This document shows, piece after piece, positions 22,087 to 31,428 of a stretch of 64,000 bases of DNA. Origin of the DNA: an uncultured Desulfosarcina sp. (GTDB lineage Bacteria > Desulfobacterota > Desulfobacteria > Desulfobacterales > Desulfosarcinaceae); the NCBI GenBank assembly GCA_963674945.2, contig CAXXWQ010000004.1:1120001-1184000 (forward strand), in the 5' to 3' direction. The notes beneath the pieces are model-generated. The model did no database searches. It was not told where the DNA came from and worked only from the letters and a program-made list of their open reading frames with translations. Each line of letters opens with the position of its first letter. The stretch's first letter is position 1. Both the position numbers and the translations under genes were made by a program.

Positions 22087-23511
22087 ATGACTATGGATTC
22101 GAACCCGAACATATCTTTTGACTTTTTGCCGGACAACCTTTCGGGGATTTATCTGGTGGGAGGGGGCGTGCGTGACGCGATGATGGGCAACCACCCTTCG
22201 GATATCGACCTGGTTGTACAGGGGGACATCCGTAACGCAGCCGGATGGATCGCTGACCGCATCGGCGGGAAAGTCGTCGATCTCGGGAAAAAAGGGTTTC
22301 GTGTGCTTCGGGTCGCAGCGGCCGACAGAGTCATCGATATCGCCCCGCTCACACAAGGAACCATCGAAGACGACCTTCGACAACGGGATTTTACCATCAA
22401 TGCCATGGCCTACGACCTCCGGCAACGAGAGGTGGTAGATTGCACGGGCGGCCGAATGGACCTGGAAAAAAAGAGAATTCGAATTGTCTCACCTTCGGCA
22501 TTGGAAAAAGATCCGGCGAGACTGGTCCGTGCCTTTCGTATGTTGACCATGTTCGGTTTTTCCATCGCCGACGATACCCGCGATGCCATCGCCCGCACAC
22601 GACACCTCGTAAAGGATGTCGCAGGCGAACGGATCTGGACGGAGCTGATCAAGATCTTCGACAATGACGATTCTTTTCCGATTATCAATCAGATGGCGGG
22701 TTGCGGGTTGCTCACGGAGATCTTTCCCGAACTGGTACCAACCATCGGGTGCAGCCAGAACCGGCACCATGCATTCGACGTATTCGATCACGCTCTTTTC
22801 ACGTACAAACATGTGGAGGCGCTGATCGCCGGAACCTATGCACCGTTTGCATACCTGACACAGCTCCATGATATAAAGAGGGTAATGGAATGCAAGGCAA
22901 CGATAAAGTACAGTACGCTGCTCCACGATGTGGGAAAACCGGCCACGCGTATCACCGGTGAAAAAGGAGCCGTTCGCTTTCCCGGTCACGCGGCAAGGGG
23001 AGCGGACATTGCCGCATCCGCCAGTCATCGGCTGAGACTCTCCAGACGCCAGCGCACAGCGGCCCACATCATCATTCGCAATCACATCCGACCGCTTTCT
23101 CTTTACCTGGCCGACCGGAACCGGACGTTACGACGTCGTGGTATGGTCCGCTTTTTCAACCATTGCGGACTGTTTACCTTTCCGGTAATCATTCATGCCA
23201 TGGCAGACATCCTGGCCAAAAAGAAAGATCCTCTGGACGATACCGACCCGTTTCTGGAATTCTGCCACCGCCTCATCCGAATCCATGGAGAGGTATCCGA
23301 CCAGCAGGCGGCTGTCCTGCCGCTGATCGACGGAGATGACCTCATCAAACTCTTTGGTTTGCGCCCTTCTCCGATTTTCAAACAGATCTTGCAGCGGGTC
23401 GACGAAAGACGGCTGTCCGGCGATCTTACGACCCGAACACAAGCCCTTCGTTGGGTTGACGCCTATCTTGCACGATGCGAGGAAAAAACGGTTTCATCCG
23501 ATGACATGTAA
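22087..23511 (+). CDS. tRNA nucleotidyltransferase / poly(A) polymerase family protein with HD domain
   Basis: LVGGGVRD, DIDL, RDFTINAM, DPAR, ERIWTEL, LLHDVGK motifs. Confidence 0.9.
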   Translation: MTMDSNPNISFDFLPDNLSGIYLVGGGVRDAMMGNHPSDIDLVVQGDIRNAAGWIADRIGGKVVDLGKKGFRVLRVAAADRVIDIAPLTQGTIEDDLRQRDFTINAMAYDLRQREVVDCTGGRMDLEKKRIRIVSPSALEKDPARLVRAFRMLTMFGFSIADDTRDAIARTRHLVKDVAGERIWTELIKIFDNDDSFPIINQMAGCGLLTEIFPELVPTIGCSQNRHHAFDVFDHALFTYKHVEALIAGTYAPFAYLTQLHDIKRVMECKATIKYSTLLHDVGKPATRITGEKGAVRFPGHAARGADIAASASHRLRLSRRQRTAAHIIIRNHIRPLSLYLADRNRTLRRRGMVRFFNHCGLFTFPVIIHAMADILAKKKDPLDDTDPFLEFCHRLIRIHGEVSDQQAAVLPLIDGDDLIKLFGLRPSPIFKQILQRVDERRLSGDLTTRTQALRWVDAYLARCEEKTVSSDDM

Positions 23512-23556
23512 ATAGAAGTGTCTTGAACCATTTTGGAGAAGGAGGGTGCAAGTGCC

Positions 23557-23655
23557 TATAGTGCGCGAAAGTGCCCAAAGTTAATGTATTCTGCCTTTTT
23601 CTATAAACGGCGGAGTGAAACGACTCGTGAACTTTAGGCACTTTAGTTCACTATA
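23557..23655. repeat. 26-bp imperfect inverted repeat built from (a)agtgcc(t)aa-like units
   Basis: tatagtgcgcgaaagtgcccaaagtt (23557-23582) pairs with aactttaggcactttagttcactata (23630-23655). Confidence 0.7.
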
Positions 23656-23699
23656 TCATAGCTACTTGCGATTCCCCTGGTCACCCGCCCAGGGGATGC

Positions 23700-23728
23700 T
23701 TGACAAGCCCCTATCATTTCTGTAGTAA
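23700..23728 (+). promoter_or_regulatory. sigma70 promoter upstream of the adk leader
   Basis: TTGACA-17 nt-TAGTAA. Confidence 0.55.
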
Positions 23729-23942
23729 CGCGGTTAACCGGCACGCTTGCCCTTCGGTGCCAGCCTGCCTCACCATCATCGATACCGGTTGATGCGGCTT
23801 ACACCGCCCAACGAAAAGTACGGCACTCGGGGAGTATCTGGTATTTGTGTCCGTTGGCCAGGATGCATGACCACCGGTCCGGGTGCGATTTGCAGTATAA
23901 TGATCCTGTTGCAGGAAACGGGAAACAGAAAGGAGAATGTGA

Positions 23943-24620
23943 ATGAACATCTTGTTTTTTGGCCCCAATGGCAGCGGAAAAGGCACCCAAGGTGCCATCT
24001 TGAAAGACAAGTACAGTACCCCCCATATCGAGTCCGGGGCAATCTTTCGGGAAAATATCGGTAAAGGGACCGAACTGGGCGCCAAGGCAAAAGCCTATAT
24101 CGACAAAGGTGACCTTGTACCGGATGAGATCACCATCCCCATGATTCTCGACCGGCTGAAGCAAGATGATTGCAAAAACGGCTGGCTGTTGGATGGTTTC
24201 CCCCGAAACAAAAACCAGGCCATCAAGCTGGACGAGGCACTCAAGGAAGCCGGAATGGCTCTGGACATCGTGGTAGAGATTCTTCTGGATCGAGAAATAG
24301 CCAAGAATCGAATCATGGGTCGTCGTCTGTGCGTCAACGACAACAACCACCCCAACAACATCTACATCGATGCCATCAAGCCCGATGGTGATAAATGCCG
24401 CGTGTGTGGTGGAGACCTGAAGACCCGTAACGACGATCAGGACGAAGCCGCCATCAACAAACGGCACGATATTTACTATGACACCACCGATGGAACCCTT
24501 GCCTCGGCCTACTACTTCAAGGATTTGGCCGAAAAAGGCTCATCCATGAAATACATCACCCTGGACGGTGCCCCCAGCGTAAAAGAGGTAACCGCCGAGT
24601 TGGTTTCCAAATTGGATTAA
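23943..24620 (+). CDS. adk: Adenylate kinase with metal-binding LID
   Basis: GPNGSGKGT, LDGFPR, and C-x5-H-x15-C-x2-C in the LID; AGGAG SD. Confidence 0.97.
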   Translation: MNILFFGPNGSGKGTQGAILKDKYSTPHIESGAIFRENIGKGTELGAKAKAYIDKGDLVPDEITIPMILDRLKQDDCKNGWLLDGFPRNKNQAIKLDEALKEAGMALDIVVEILLDREIAKNRIMGRRLCVNDNNHPNNIYIDAIKPDGDKCRVCGGDLKTRNDDQDEAAINKRHDIYYDTTDGTLASAYYFKDLAEKGSSMKYITLDGAPSVKEVTAELVSKLD

Positions 24621-24647
24621 CACCCGACGGTACCCACCCGTATTGAA

Positions 24648-24686
24648 AGACGGCGGAGCCTTTGCATAAAACGGCTCTGCCGTTTT
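24648..24686 (+). terminator. Probable intrinsic terminator after adk
   Basis: agacggcggagcc / ggctctgccgttt stem followed by T residues. Confidence 0.6.
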
Positions 24687-24854
24687 CCGTTTCCGGATGC
24701 CGCCCATTTTTTGTGCCGGCCGGCTATTTTTCTATTGAATGAAAAGTCATTTTTTGATATTTAATTGGGTTACGAAAAAGAATAAAAATAACCATCAAAA
24801 ATACAAGATACTACCATTTTGTCGATTCGATGGGAAAAAGGGGGTTGAGCAAGT

Positions 24855-25061
24855 TTGAAAGCAATCGAGGTTAAAGTTTTCGACAACGATCTCGAAAAGG
24901 CCATGCGCATTTTGAAGAAAAAGATTCAGAATGACGGCCTTTTTAAGCGGTTGAAGTTGAAAAAAAGCTACGAGAAACCAAGTGAGTACCGTCGCCGAAA
25001 GGAGCGTGAAGCGTTGCGCAGACAGCGCATTGCAGCGGCACGCGCCAGAAGATATCGATAG
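24855..25061 (+). CDS. rpsU: 30S ribosomal protein S21
   Basis: YEKPSEYRRRK motif, basic 68 aa, TTG start. Confidence 0.93.
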   Translation: MKAIEVKVFDNDLEKAMRILKKKIQNDGLFKRLKLKKSYEKPSEYRRRKEREALRRQRIAAARARRYR

Positions 25062-25081
25062 CGACATTTCCGTTTGAGATG

Positions 25082-25117
25082 AAGACCCGGTTGGGAGAGT
25101 ATCCCTGCCGGGTTTTT
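25082..25117 (+). terminator. Intrinsic terminator after rpsU
   Basis: gacccggttggga / tccctgccgggtt stem followed by a T-tract. Confidence 0.7.
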
Positions 25118-25151
25118 GTTGTTTCGCGTCCAGTTGGAACTAGGAACAGCC

Positions 25152-26447
25152 ATGCCAAGTAGTGCCTACACCCAATGTCTCGAGTCCATGTATGCAATGA
25201 GGCGGTTCGGGATCGTGTTGGGCCTGTCCGTAATCACCAGGATACTGGAAGGCCTGGGAAATCCACAGCGGACCTTTTCCGCCATCCACATCGCCGGCAC
25301 CAACGGGAAGGGTTCCATCGCTTCGGCCTTGGCCACGATTCTGCAAAACGCCGGATACCGCGTCGGGCTTTACACCTCTCCCCATTTGATCCGATTCAAC
25401 GAAAGGATCTTGGTCGACGGCACACCGATTTCCGACGATCGGGTCGTCTCCTCCTGGCAGGCGGTGAAATCCGTTCACCATGGAGACCGGGAACCCACTT
25501 TTTTCGAATTTTCAACGGCCATGGCCTTTCATGAATTCGGTCGTCAACAGGTGGACTGGGCCGTGATCGAAACCGGAATGGGGGGGCGGATGGACGCCAC
25601 CAATGTTCTCTCTCCTTCCGTTTGTGTCGTCACCAACATCTCTTTGGAGCATCGAACCTACCTGGGCAATACCATTTCTGCGATTACCGGTGAAAAGGCG
25701 GGTATCATCAAGCCCGGCACCCCCGTGATCACCGGGGTGAGCCAGAAAAGCGCCAAGGCGGTGATCGAGAAAGTCGCATCGGAGAATGCCGCCCCCCTGT
25801 ACATGAAAGGACGGGATTTTCGTGTGCGCCGCGGCGTCGGTGACCGGTTCTCTTATCTGGGTATCGACCATCGATGGTCGGGGATGCAATCCGGTCTGAT
25901 GGGCGGACACCAGGTGGACAACGCGGCGCTTACCCTCGCGGCCTGCGAGATTCTCATGCGAAGTGGCGTCGAATTGACAAGAGACCGAGTTCAAACCGGC
26001 CTGATCCACAATCAATGGCCGGGGCGCCTGGAGGTGGTTTCGAAGAGGCCCTATGTGATCCTAGACGGCGCCCACAACCTCATGGCAGCCAGACGACTGG
26101 GCCGCTTCTTGAAGGAAAACCTGGCAGGTAAAAAAATTACTATGGTGGCCGGCATCCTGGACGACAAACCTTACAAGGCCATTTTAAAGGATTTACTGGC
26201 ACCATGCGACCGATTGATCATCACGCGCCCCAAAATCGACCGTTCCCTTCCTTGCGAGACCCTGGCAACGGTGGCGAAACCGATGATTTCGAAAATCGAC
26301 ACCATCCCAGACGTCGGCGACGCAGTAAGGCATGCTATTTCAACAACCGCACCCGACGATGCAGTGTGCATCGCCGGTTCCCTGTACGTCGTGGGAGAGG
26401 CGAAAGCCGCACTGGAATCATCGGGAGACGCCCTTTTTCAGGTATAG
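25152..26447 (+). CDS. folC: Folylpolyglutamate/dihydrofolate synthase
   Basis: GTNGKGS, YTSPHL, ETGMGGRMDATN, WPGRLE, DGAHN, GSLY; ATG at 25152 with AGGA SD. Confidence 0.96.
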   Translation: MPSSAYTQCLESMYAMRRFGIVLGLSVITRILEGLGNPQRTFSAIHIAGTNGKGSIASALATILQNAGYRVGLYTSPHLIRFNERILVDGTPISDDRVVSSWQAVKSVHHGDREPTFFEFSTAMAFHEFGRQQVDWAVIETGMGGRMDATNVLSPSVCVVTNISLEHRTYLGNTISAITGEKAGIIKPGTPVITGVSQKSAKAVIEKVASENAAPLYMKGRDFRVRRGVGDRFSYLGIDHRWSGMQSGLMGGHQVDNAALTLAACEILMRSGVELTRDRVQTGLIHNQWPGRLEVVSKRPYVILDGAHNLMAARRLGRFLKENLAGKKITMVAGILDDKPYKAILKDLLAPCDRLIITRPKIDRSLPCETLATVAKPMISKIDTIPDVGDAVRHAISTTAPDDAVCIAGSLYVVGEAKAALESSGDALFQV

Positions 26448-26506
26448 CCGCCTTATGGGTTGACTTGTTTTGGCGAATCCTCTATTTTCTCTCGTCAAAT
26501 CCGTTC

Positions 26507-26582
26507 GCGCCCGTAGCTCAGTGGATAGAGCACTAGCCTCCGGAGCTAGGTGTCGCAGGTTCGATCCCTGCCGGGCGCGCCA
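26507..26582 (+). tRNA. tRNA-Arg(CCG)
   Basis: Cloverleaf with GCGCCCG acceptor, ctagc-CTCCGGA-gctag anticodon arm, GTTCGAT T-loop and encoded CCA; TTGACT-17-TATTTT promoter upstream. Confidence 0.98.
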
Positions 26583-27026
26583 GAAAAAAACAAGGTTTTG
26601 GAAATTTCGGTTTCTGCGCCTTTTTTCGTTTTCCACCCACTAAGGTTTTCCCGAAACCAACCGATATGATACGCAACAACTTTTGGTGACGCGTGAAAAT
26701 CGACACGGGCACCATGGATTTGTTTTCATACAACTCCTATCAAAATAGAAGAGGCCAGGTAACCCCCTGGCCTTATCTATTACCTGAAAAGAGAGATGGC
26801 CAGAAGCATTACCCCTTAGCCGTTGTTTTTTTTACCTTTGACTGTAGGTATACAGGCGAGTTGCGGTGAGCCCATGGATAACTATTGGCGATTCCTATTC
26901 TTGTATATGTTTTGGCCACGATACTCTTTCATATGGAAAAGACAAAATCATCATGTATCGTACTGGTTTTCAAGGCATGCGCGGCTTTACCGATGAAACT
27001 GAAATTTTCTGGTTCGGCAAGGCCGG

Positions 27027-27380
27027 TTACGCCAGCGTTTTCGAATACAATATTGTTTTTACAATCGCCATGGTAATGCAAACCAACATTGGCGCAACGG
27101 CTCTAAGCCCATTTGCTACTTCATTTTTTTGTACTTCAACTGGAAATACAAAACAGGCCACACCAATGGCGACCATGACGATTGACCAGTAAAGAAGCTG
27201 CTTACCGCCGTATTTATTTATTTTGTACCAATTATCATCAGAGGTGAGGGCTTTTTTAATTCGAAAACCATACAAATTGTTCATGGGGATTTTCTTTGCA
27301 ATAAGAGGGATACTCAGAAAGATGAAAACCAGACCACTTGAAATGTTTACAATTCCGAAAATAAAATTTAAATTTTTCAT
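27027..27380 (-). CDS. SdpI/YhfL family small membrane protein
   Basis: IPMNNLYGFRI...SDDNWYKINKYGGK, three TM segments, GAGGA SD. Confidence 0.8.
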   Translation of the reverse strand: MKNLNFIFGIVNISSGLVFIFLSIPLIAKKIPMNNLYGFRIKKALTSDDNWYKINKYGGKQLLYWSIVMVAIGVACFVFPVEVQKNEVANGLRAVAPMLVCITMAIVKTILYSKTLA

Positions 27381-27814
27381 GTTTCCTCACATACCGGACG
27401 AATTGCTCAATAGAGAAGGTTTATTTTTGAATCAATCCCGGTAACTCAGAAGGATGTGACATTTTCGCCTTTGGTCTTATCTCTTCTATTAACTCCAAAT
27501 ACCATAATAATTTTACTATTGGTATCATCGATATTCAATAGACATTCATTTGCATCCCATTTTGTTTTCAAATTTTTTAAAATACAATTTTCATTAATCT
27601 ATTAGCAATAAGGTAGTAACAAATGGAAAAGAATTTCTTCGGGGAGGGATCTCAATAAAAATTTGATGCGGAAAGGAAGAGCAATCATTTCGTATTGTCC
27701 AATGCAACATGCTATATACCAACCCTATTTTTACCATAGCGTATGCTCAGGAAAGGGTTGTATGCCGGTACCTGATAAAGGAACATTTCCCTGCAGCGGA
27801 AAGAATAACGCCCG

Positions 27815-28903
27815 TCAAAAAGTGAAATCGATCATCAACGTGCCAAATGAATTATCGGTATCGGTCTTTTTCTGACCCGGCCTGGGAGGTGGCAGACTTT
27901 CTTCGACAAGAACATCGGAGGTTCTGATAATCGCGAGTCGCAAGGAAAACAAACCATAGTAATAGTAATTAAGACCCAACAAGCCTGAGAAAACAAAACT
28001 TTCTCGTCCAATGCTGCGATCATCGCCGGTAATAATGCTGCCGTCATATAGTACGGAATAGATAATACCTACCGAACGCCCCCCGATGACCAATTCGACG
28101 CCATGCCGGGATGCCGAGGCGGGCTTGGGAATGTGGGCAGCCTGAAAAATGCCGGCACCCGGCGGTGCCTGAAACGAGTTGAATCCTTCCTGCATGTTCC
28201 ACCCCAAACGAAATCCCATCCCCAACTCCATTGAGGTCATCAGATTTCCGAGAAGGGCGGTTGGTCCGATATAGACATGACCGGCCCAATCGCTGGTGTA
28301 CACACCGATCTTGGCAAGACGCCAGAGATGTTGATAGGCAAGATTGACGACCGGCTCGGAATCCCGCTGTGTATGCCACCCTTTTGGGTCTTCCCCCCAC
28401 CCCCATGCGTTGTGTAAGAACTTTTGAAGGTCACCTGCATAGGATTCTTCGCCCAGCACACCCACGGTAATCTGGAAATTTCTGGCGGTCAGGCGGTTAA
28501 AGCTCTGCCAGTTCAACGTGTAGGTCAATGTTCCCGCATATGGCAGGTCGCCTTCCGGTGGCTCAGGATTGGTGATGTCTTCAGGTGTGAGCATAAGTTG
28601 CCCGATTCCTTGACCGAACCGAACGATTGAATCCTGATCGCCGAGCGTTGGAAAGTGTTTTCCAATCCATTTGCAAGACGCTGGTGCCAATGTCTTTTCC
28701 CAATCGTCATAACAAATTGTATAGTATTGAATACTCCATCCATTGGTAAAATTGCTATCCCTGTTCCAGACGATATCGTTGTCTATTTCCAATCGAAGTG
28801 TGCCTTTGTTATATGGGCTGTCGAGATAGAAACTTGTATCGCCTGCGTTGCTATCAATCGGCAGGAGTAGTATAATCGTGAGAATTGTCAGGTAAGGTTT
28901 CAT
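27815..28903 (-). CDS. Lipid A 3-O-deacylase LpxR / DUF2219 outer-membrane protein
   Basis: Signal peptide; DND...DSNFTNG, GQLMLTP, DLPYAG, Q-x-x-x-H, GW-x-x-Q motifs; terminal Phe. Confidence 0.8.
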   Translation of the reverse strand: MKPYLTILTIILLLPIDSNAGDTSFYLDSPYNKGTLRLEIDNDIVWNRDSNFTNGWSIQYYTICYDDWEKTLAPASCKWIGKHFPTLGDQDSIVRFGQGIGQLMLTPEDITNPEPPEGDLPYAGTLTYTLNWQSFNRLTARNFQITVGVLGEESYAGDLQKFLHNAWGWGEDPKGWHTQRDSEPVVNLAYQHLWRLAKIGVYTSDWAGHVYIGPTALLGNLMTSMELGMGFRLGWNMQEGFNSFQAPPGAGIFQAAHIPKPASASRHGVELVIGGRSVGIIYSVLYDGSIITGDDRSIGRESFVFSGLLGLNYYYYGLFSLRLAIIRTSDVLVEESLPPPRPGQKKTDTDNSFGTLMIDFTF

Positions 28904-29062
28904 AATTGATCGACGATATGACTTATTTATTCACTGATGATGTATTACAAGTAATCCGAAATGCTGTGAGACATCTCCGATTCAGGGGCTTTTTAAGCCT
29001 ATTGTAACAATAAAAGAAAAGTTATGCTATTGACACGGAAGTAAGATGGAAAAATTGTTTTT

Positions 29063-29226
29063 AAGTATGTTCAGAAATAAGAAAATCTGGTCGAAAACTC
29101 TCGTAATGGATCAGACGGGACCGGAAGGCCCACGAACCTATCGTTATTATTCTGAGGATAAAACATTTCGGGCAACAAAGATATCGGCCAAAGCCAAGAT
29201 TGGCTTGGCCATTTCTGGATGTACAC
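29063..29226 (+). mobile_element. Divergent family A copy with replaced interior and an inserted mini-hairpin
   Basis: Ends aagtatgttcagaaat / atttctggatgtacac; retains gaggataaaa and gcaacaaagatatcgg; extra aagccaagattggctt hairpin. Confidence 0.75.
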
Positions 29227-29256
29227 TGGTCTAAAAAACAACAAACGGAGAATAGT

Positions 29257-30081
29257 ATGGCCCTTCTTACGATTGACGAAACCAGGTGCAAAAAGGATGG
29301 AATCTGTGCGGCCGAGTGCCCCAGGCAGATTATCATTCAAGAAGATGAAACGAGTCTCCCCTATGTCACACCGGCCAATGAAGCAAAATGTATGGCCTGT
29401 GGACACTGCGTGGCCGTCTGTCCCCATGGCGCCTTGAGTGTAACCGGTGTCGCGGTGGAAGACTGCCCGGAGATAGAAAAAGACCTGGTCCTGTCCTGGA
29501 AACAGGCCAAGCAGTTCCTTCGCTCCCGGCGATCCATCCGATGTTTCAAGGACAAGGCCATGGACAGGGAAACCCTGGAACGATTGATCGGCGCAGCCCG
29601 CTATGCCCCCACGGCCAGCAACGCCCAGACCCTTCATTGGACCGTAATTGAGGGGCGAGACAAATTGGCGTCGCTATCCCGGGAAACCATCAACTGGATG
29701 GAACGGGTCATTACCGCCCAGCCCGACTCCGTGGCAGCCGACTACTTCCATCCTATCGTTGCCGGCTGGGCAACCGGCTACGACGGCGTTTTGCGCACCG
29801 CCCGGACGCTGATTGTTCCTTCTGCTCCCAAAGAGAATGCAAACGGCTTGGTGGATTTGAGTATTGCCTTGGCATATTTGGAACTGGCCGCCCTGCCCCT
29901 GGGTGTGGGCACCTGCTGGGCCGGATTGCTCCGGGGGGCGATGCTGGCCACCCCCGAACTGGTGGAATCCATGGGCCTGCCCAAGGGACACACCTGGTTC
30001 TACCCCATGATGATCGGGTACCCCAAATTCACGTATCATCGATTACCGGAGAGAAAGCCCCCGGTGATTCACTGGAAGTAG
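29257..30081 (+). CDS. Nitroreductase with N-terminal 4Fe-4S ferredoxin domain
   Basis: CKKDGICAAECP, CMACGHCVAVCP, RRSIR, APTASNAQ, GVGTCW motifs. Confidence 0.92.
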   Translation: MALLTIDETRCKKDGICAAECPRQIIIQEDETSLPYVTPANEAKCMACGHCVAVCPHGALSVTGVAVEDCPEIEKDLVLSWKQAKQFLRSRRSIRCFKDKAMDRETLERLIGAARYAPTASNAQTLHWTVIEGRDKLASLSRETINWMERVITAQPDSVAADYFHPIVAGWATGYDGVLRTARTLIVPSAPKENANGLVDLSIALAYLELAALPLGVGTCWAGLLRGAMLATPELVESMGLPKGHTWFYPMMIGYPKFTYHRLPERKPPVIHWK

Positions 30082-30093
30082 GAAAAAAACGTA

Positions 30094-30594
30094 TTACATG
30101 ATTGATTCATCACATGACCCATATGACGTTGCGTTGCCATATTCTATGGAGTTGAAACGTTTCCGTTTTTCACCTTGGGTTTTGAAATAGTGATCGAAGA
30201 CCATCCGCACCTCCTCGTCCGTGTACAAGCCAATATTTCTTACGGCTGCTTCCCGAACCGAGGCGTTTGGATCGTACAAACCACTGATCACCGCATTTTT
30301 TGCATCGCTGCAGCCCATCAAACTGAGGTTGACCAGTGCCCATCTTCGCACAAACGAAGAGTTCGACCAGAGAACTGCGTCGGAAAAGCGCTTTTGGGCT
30401 TCTTCGGCCCGATTTCTCAGCACTTCCAAAAGAACCTTACGAAACTTTTGACTGGTGGTCGTTACGGCCACCTCGCACAAAACATCCATGGCCAGCGGTT
30501 CATGAATAAATGAGATCAGGCAGCGTGCCGCCGCAATCTTCTCGCTGATCTCGTGGCATCCTATGATTTGGTTGATATATTGATGCAACTGCAT
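30094..30594 (-). CDS. HEAT-repeat protein
   Basis: SFVRRWALVNL...GLYDPNASVREAAVRNIG; AGGAGG SD before ATG 30594. Confidence 0.75.
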   Translation of the reverse strand: MQLHQYINQIIGCHEISEKIAAARCLISFIHEPLAMDVLCEVAVTTTSQKFRKVLLEVLRNRAEEAQKRFSDAVLWSNSSFVRRWALVNLSLMGCSDAKNAVISGLYDPNASVREAAVRNIGLYTDEEVRMVFDHYFKTQGEKRKRFNSIEYGNATSYGSCDESIM

Positions 30595-30684
30595 CAGACT
30601 CCTCCTGTAACAGCATCTTGGCGCCGGATCTTGGCCGTCGTAACGAATCCATTTCCCGAAACAACCAAAAGCTTGCAACCCACG

Positions 30685-30957
30685 TTATAAGTGAGTCGAC
30701 GACAAATGGAACGAAGCTGTCTCGATCGATCCAACGATCGGTCGTTTCAGATATGGCATTGCGATCCATGCATTGCTCATGCAAGTGCATATGCTGCCAT
30801 TTTCCCGGCAATGTTTGCAGACCACATCGCCACAGTTCATGCACTGGAATGCCCTGCCCTGTAAGGACGGTGCATCCAGGAAAACGGCGAGGCTTTGCTG
30901 GTCTCTTAAAAGCCGAATGGTGCGACCACAAATTATGCATTCATGCAAATCGACCAT
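30685..30957 (-). CDS. Small Cys-rich putative zinc-binding protein
   Basis: CxxC...CxxC-x4-CxxC-x6-CxC; AGAGGA SD. Confidence 0.7.
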   Translation of the reverse strand: MVDLHECIICGRTIRLLRDQQSLAVFLDAPSLQGRAFQCMNCGDVVCKHCRENGSICTCMSNAWIAMPYLKRPIVGSIETASFHLSSTHL

Positions 30958-31115
30958 GGGTTTCCTCTTTGATCTTGTTCATCGGGCAATTGGATTGCGA
31001 ACATTATGCACTTTGTGCCTTGCCCGAAGGTAATGATAGCGAATCCATTTTGGCTCATTTTTTCAGTCACACTGCGGTTTTGGCAACGCGGTTCAAATTG
31101 ACGCCAACAATGAAA

Positions 31116-31131
31116 CGCATTTCATGTGCCA
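31116..31131 (-). promoter_or_regulatory. Putative sigma54 (-24/-12) promoter
   Basis: Minus strand TGGCACATGAAATGCG, with GG-N10-GC spacing, about 160 nt upstream of the Cys-rich gene. Confidence 0.6.
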
Positions 31132-31428
31132 AAATACTTTTTACATTTATTTCAATTAGTTAAAAATATTTCTTCTATTCGTAGCGGGAGCACTTGGAAG
31201 GATATGCGTTGAAATAAAGCAAAATATACAGAAGAAGGAAGCAAAACTGCTCTAAAATAAAGCAGCAGGCAGGAAAGATAAACAATCAACAAGTTTGTGT
31301 TTTTTGTAAACAACGTCCCCGTTACGGCGTTGGAAAATGTTTCTAAAGCTTTTCGCATTTCGGACGATAAATTGATTCGCAAAGCTTTACCACCCATACA
31401 TACAACACACAATACAGGAGGATAGTTT

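Noticed and set aside
23735..23860. SRP RNA, 6S RNA, or ZTP/ykkC/c-di-AMP riboswitch identity for the adk leader
   Set aside because: The diagnostic sequence motifs are absent on both strands; kept only as an unknown candidate
26583..27450. Integron cassette (attC) around the SdpI-like gene, or a tRNA 3' duplication
   Set aside because: No convincing RYYYAAC/GTTRRRY paired site and no repeat of the tRNA 3' end was found
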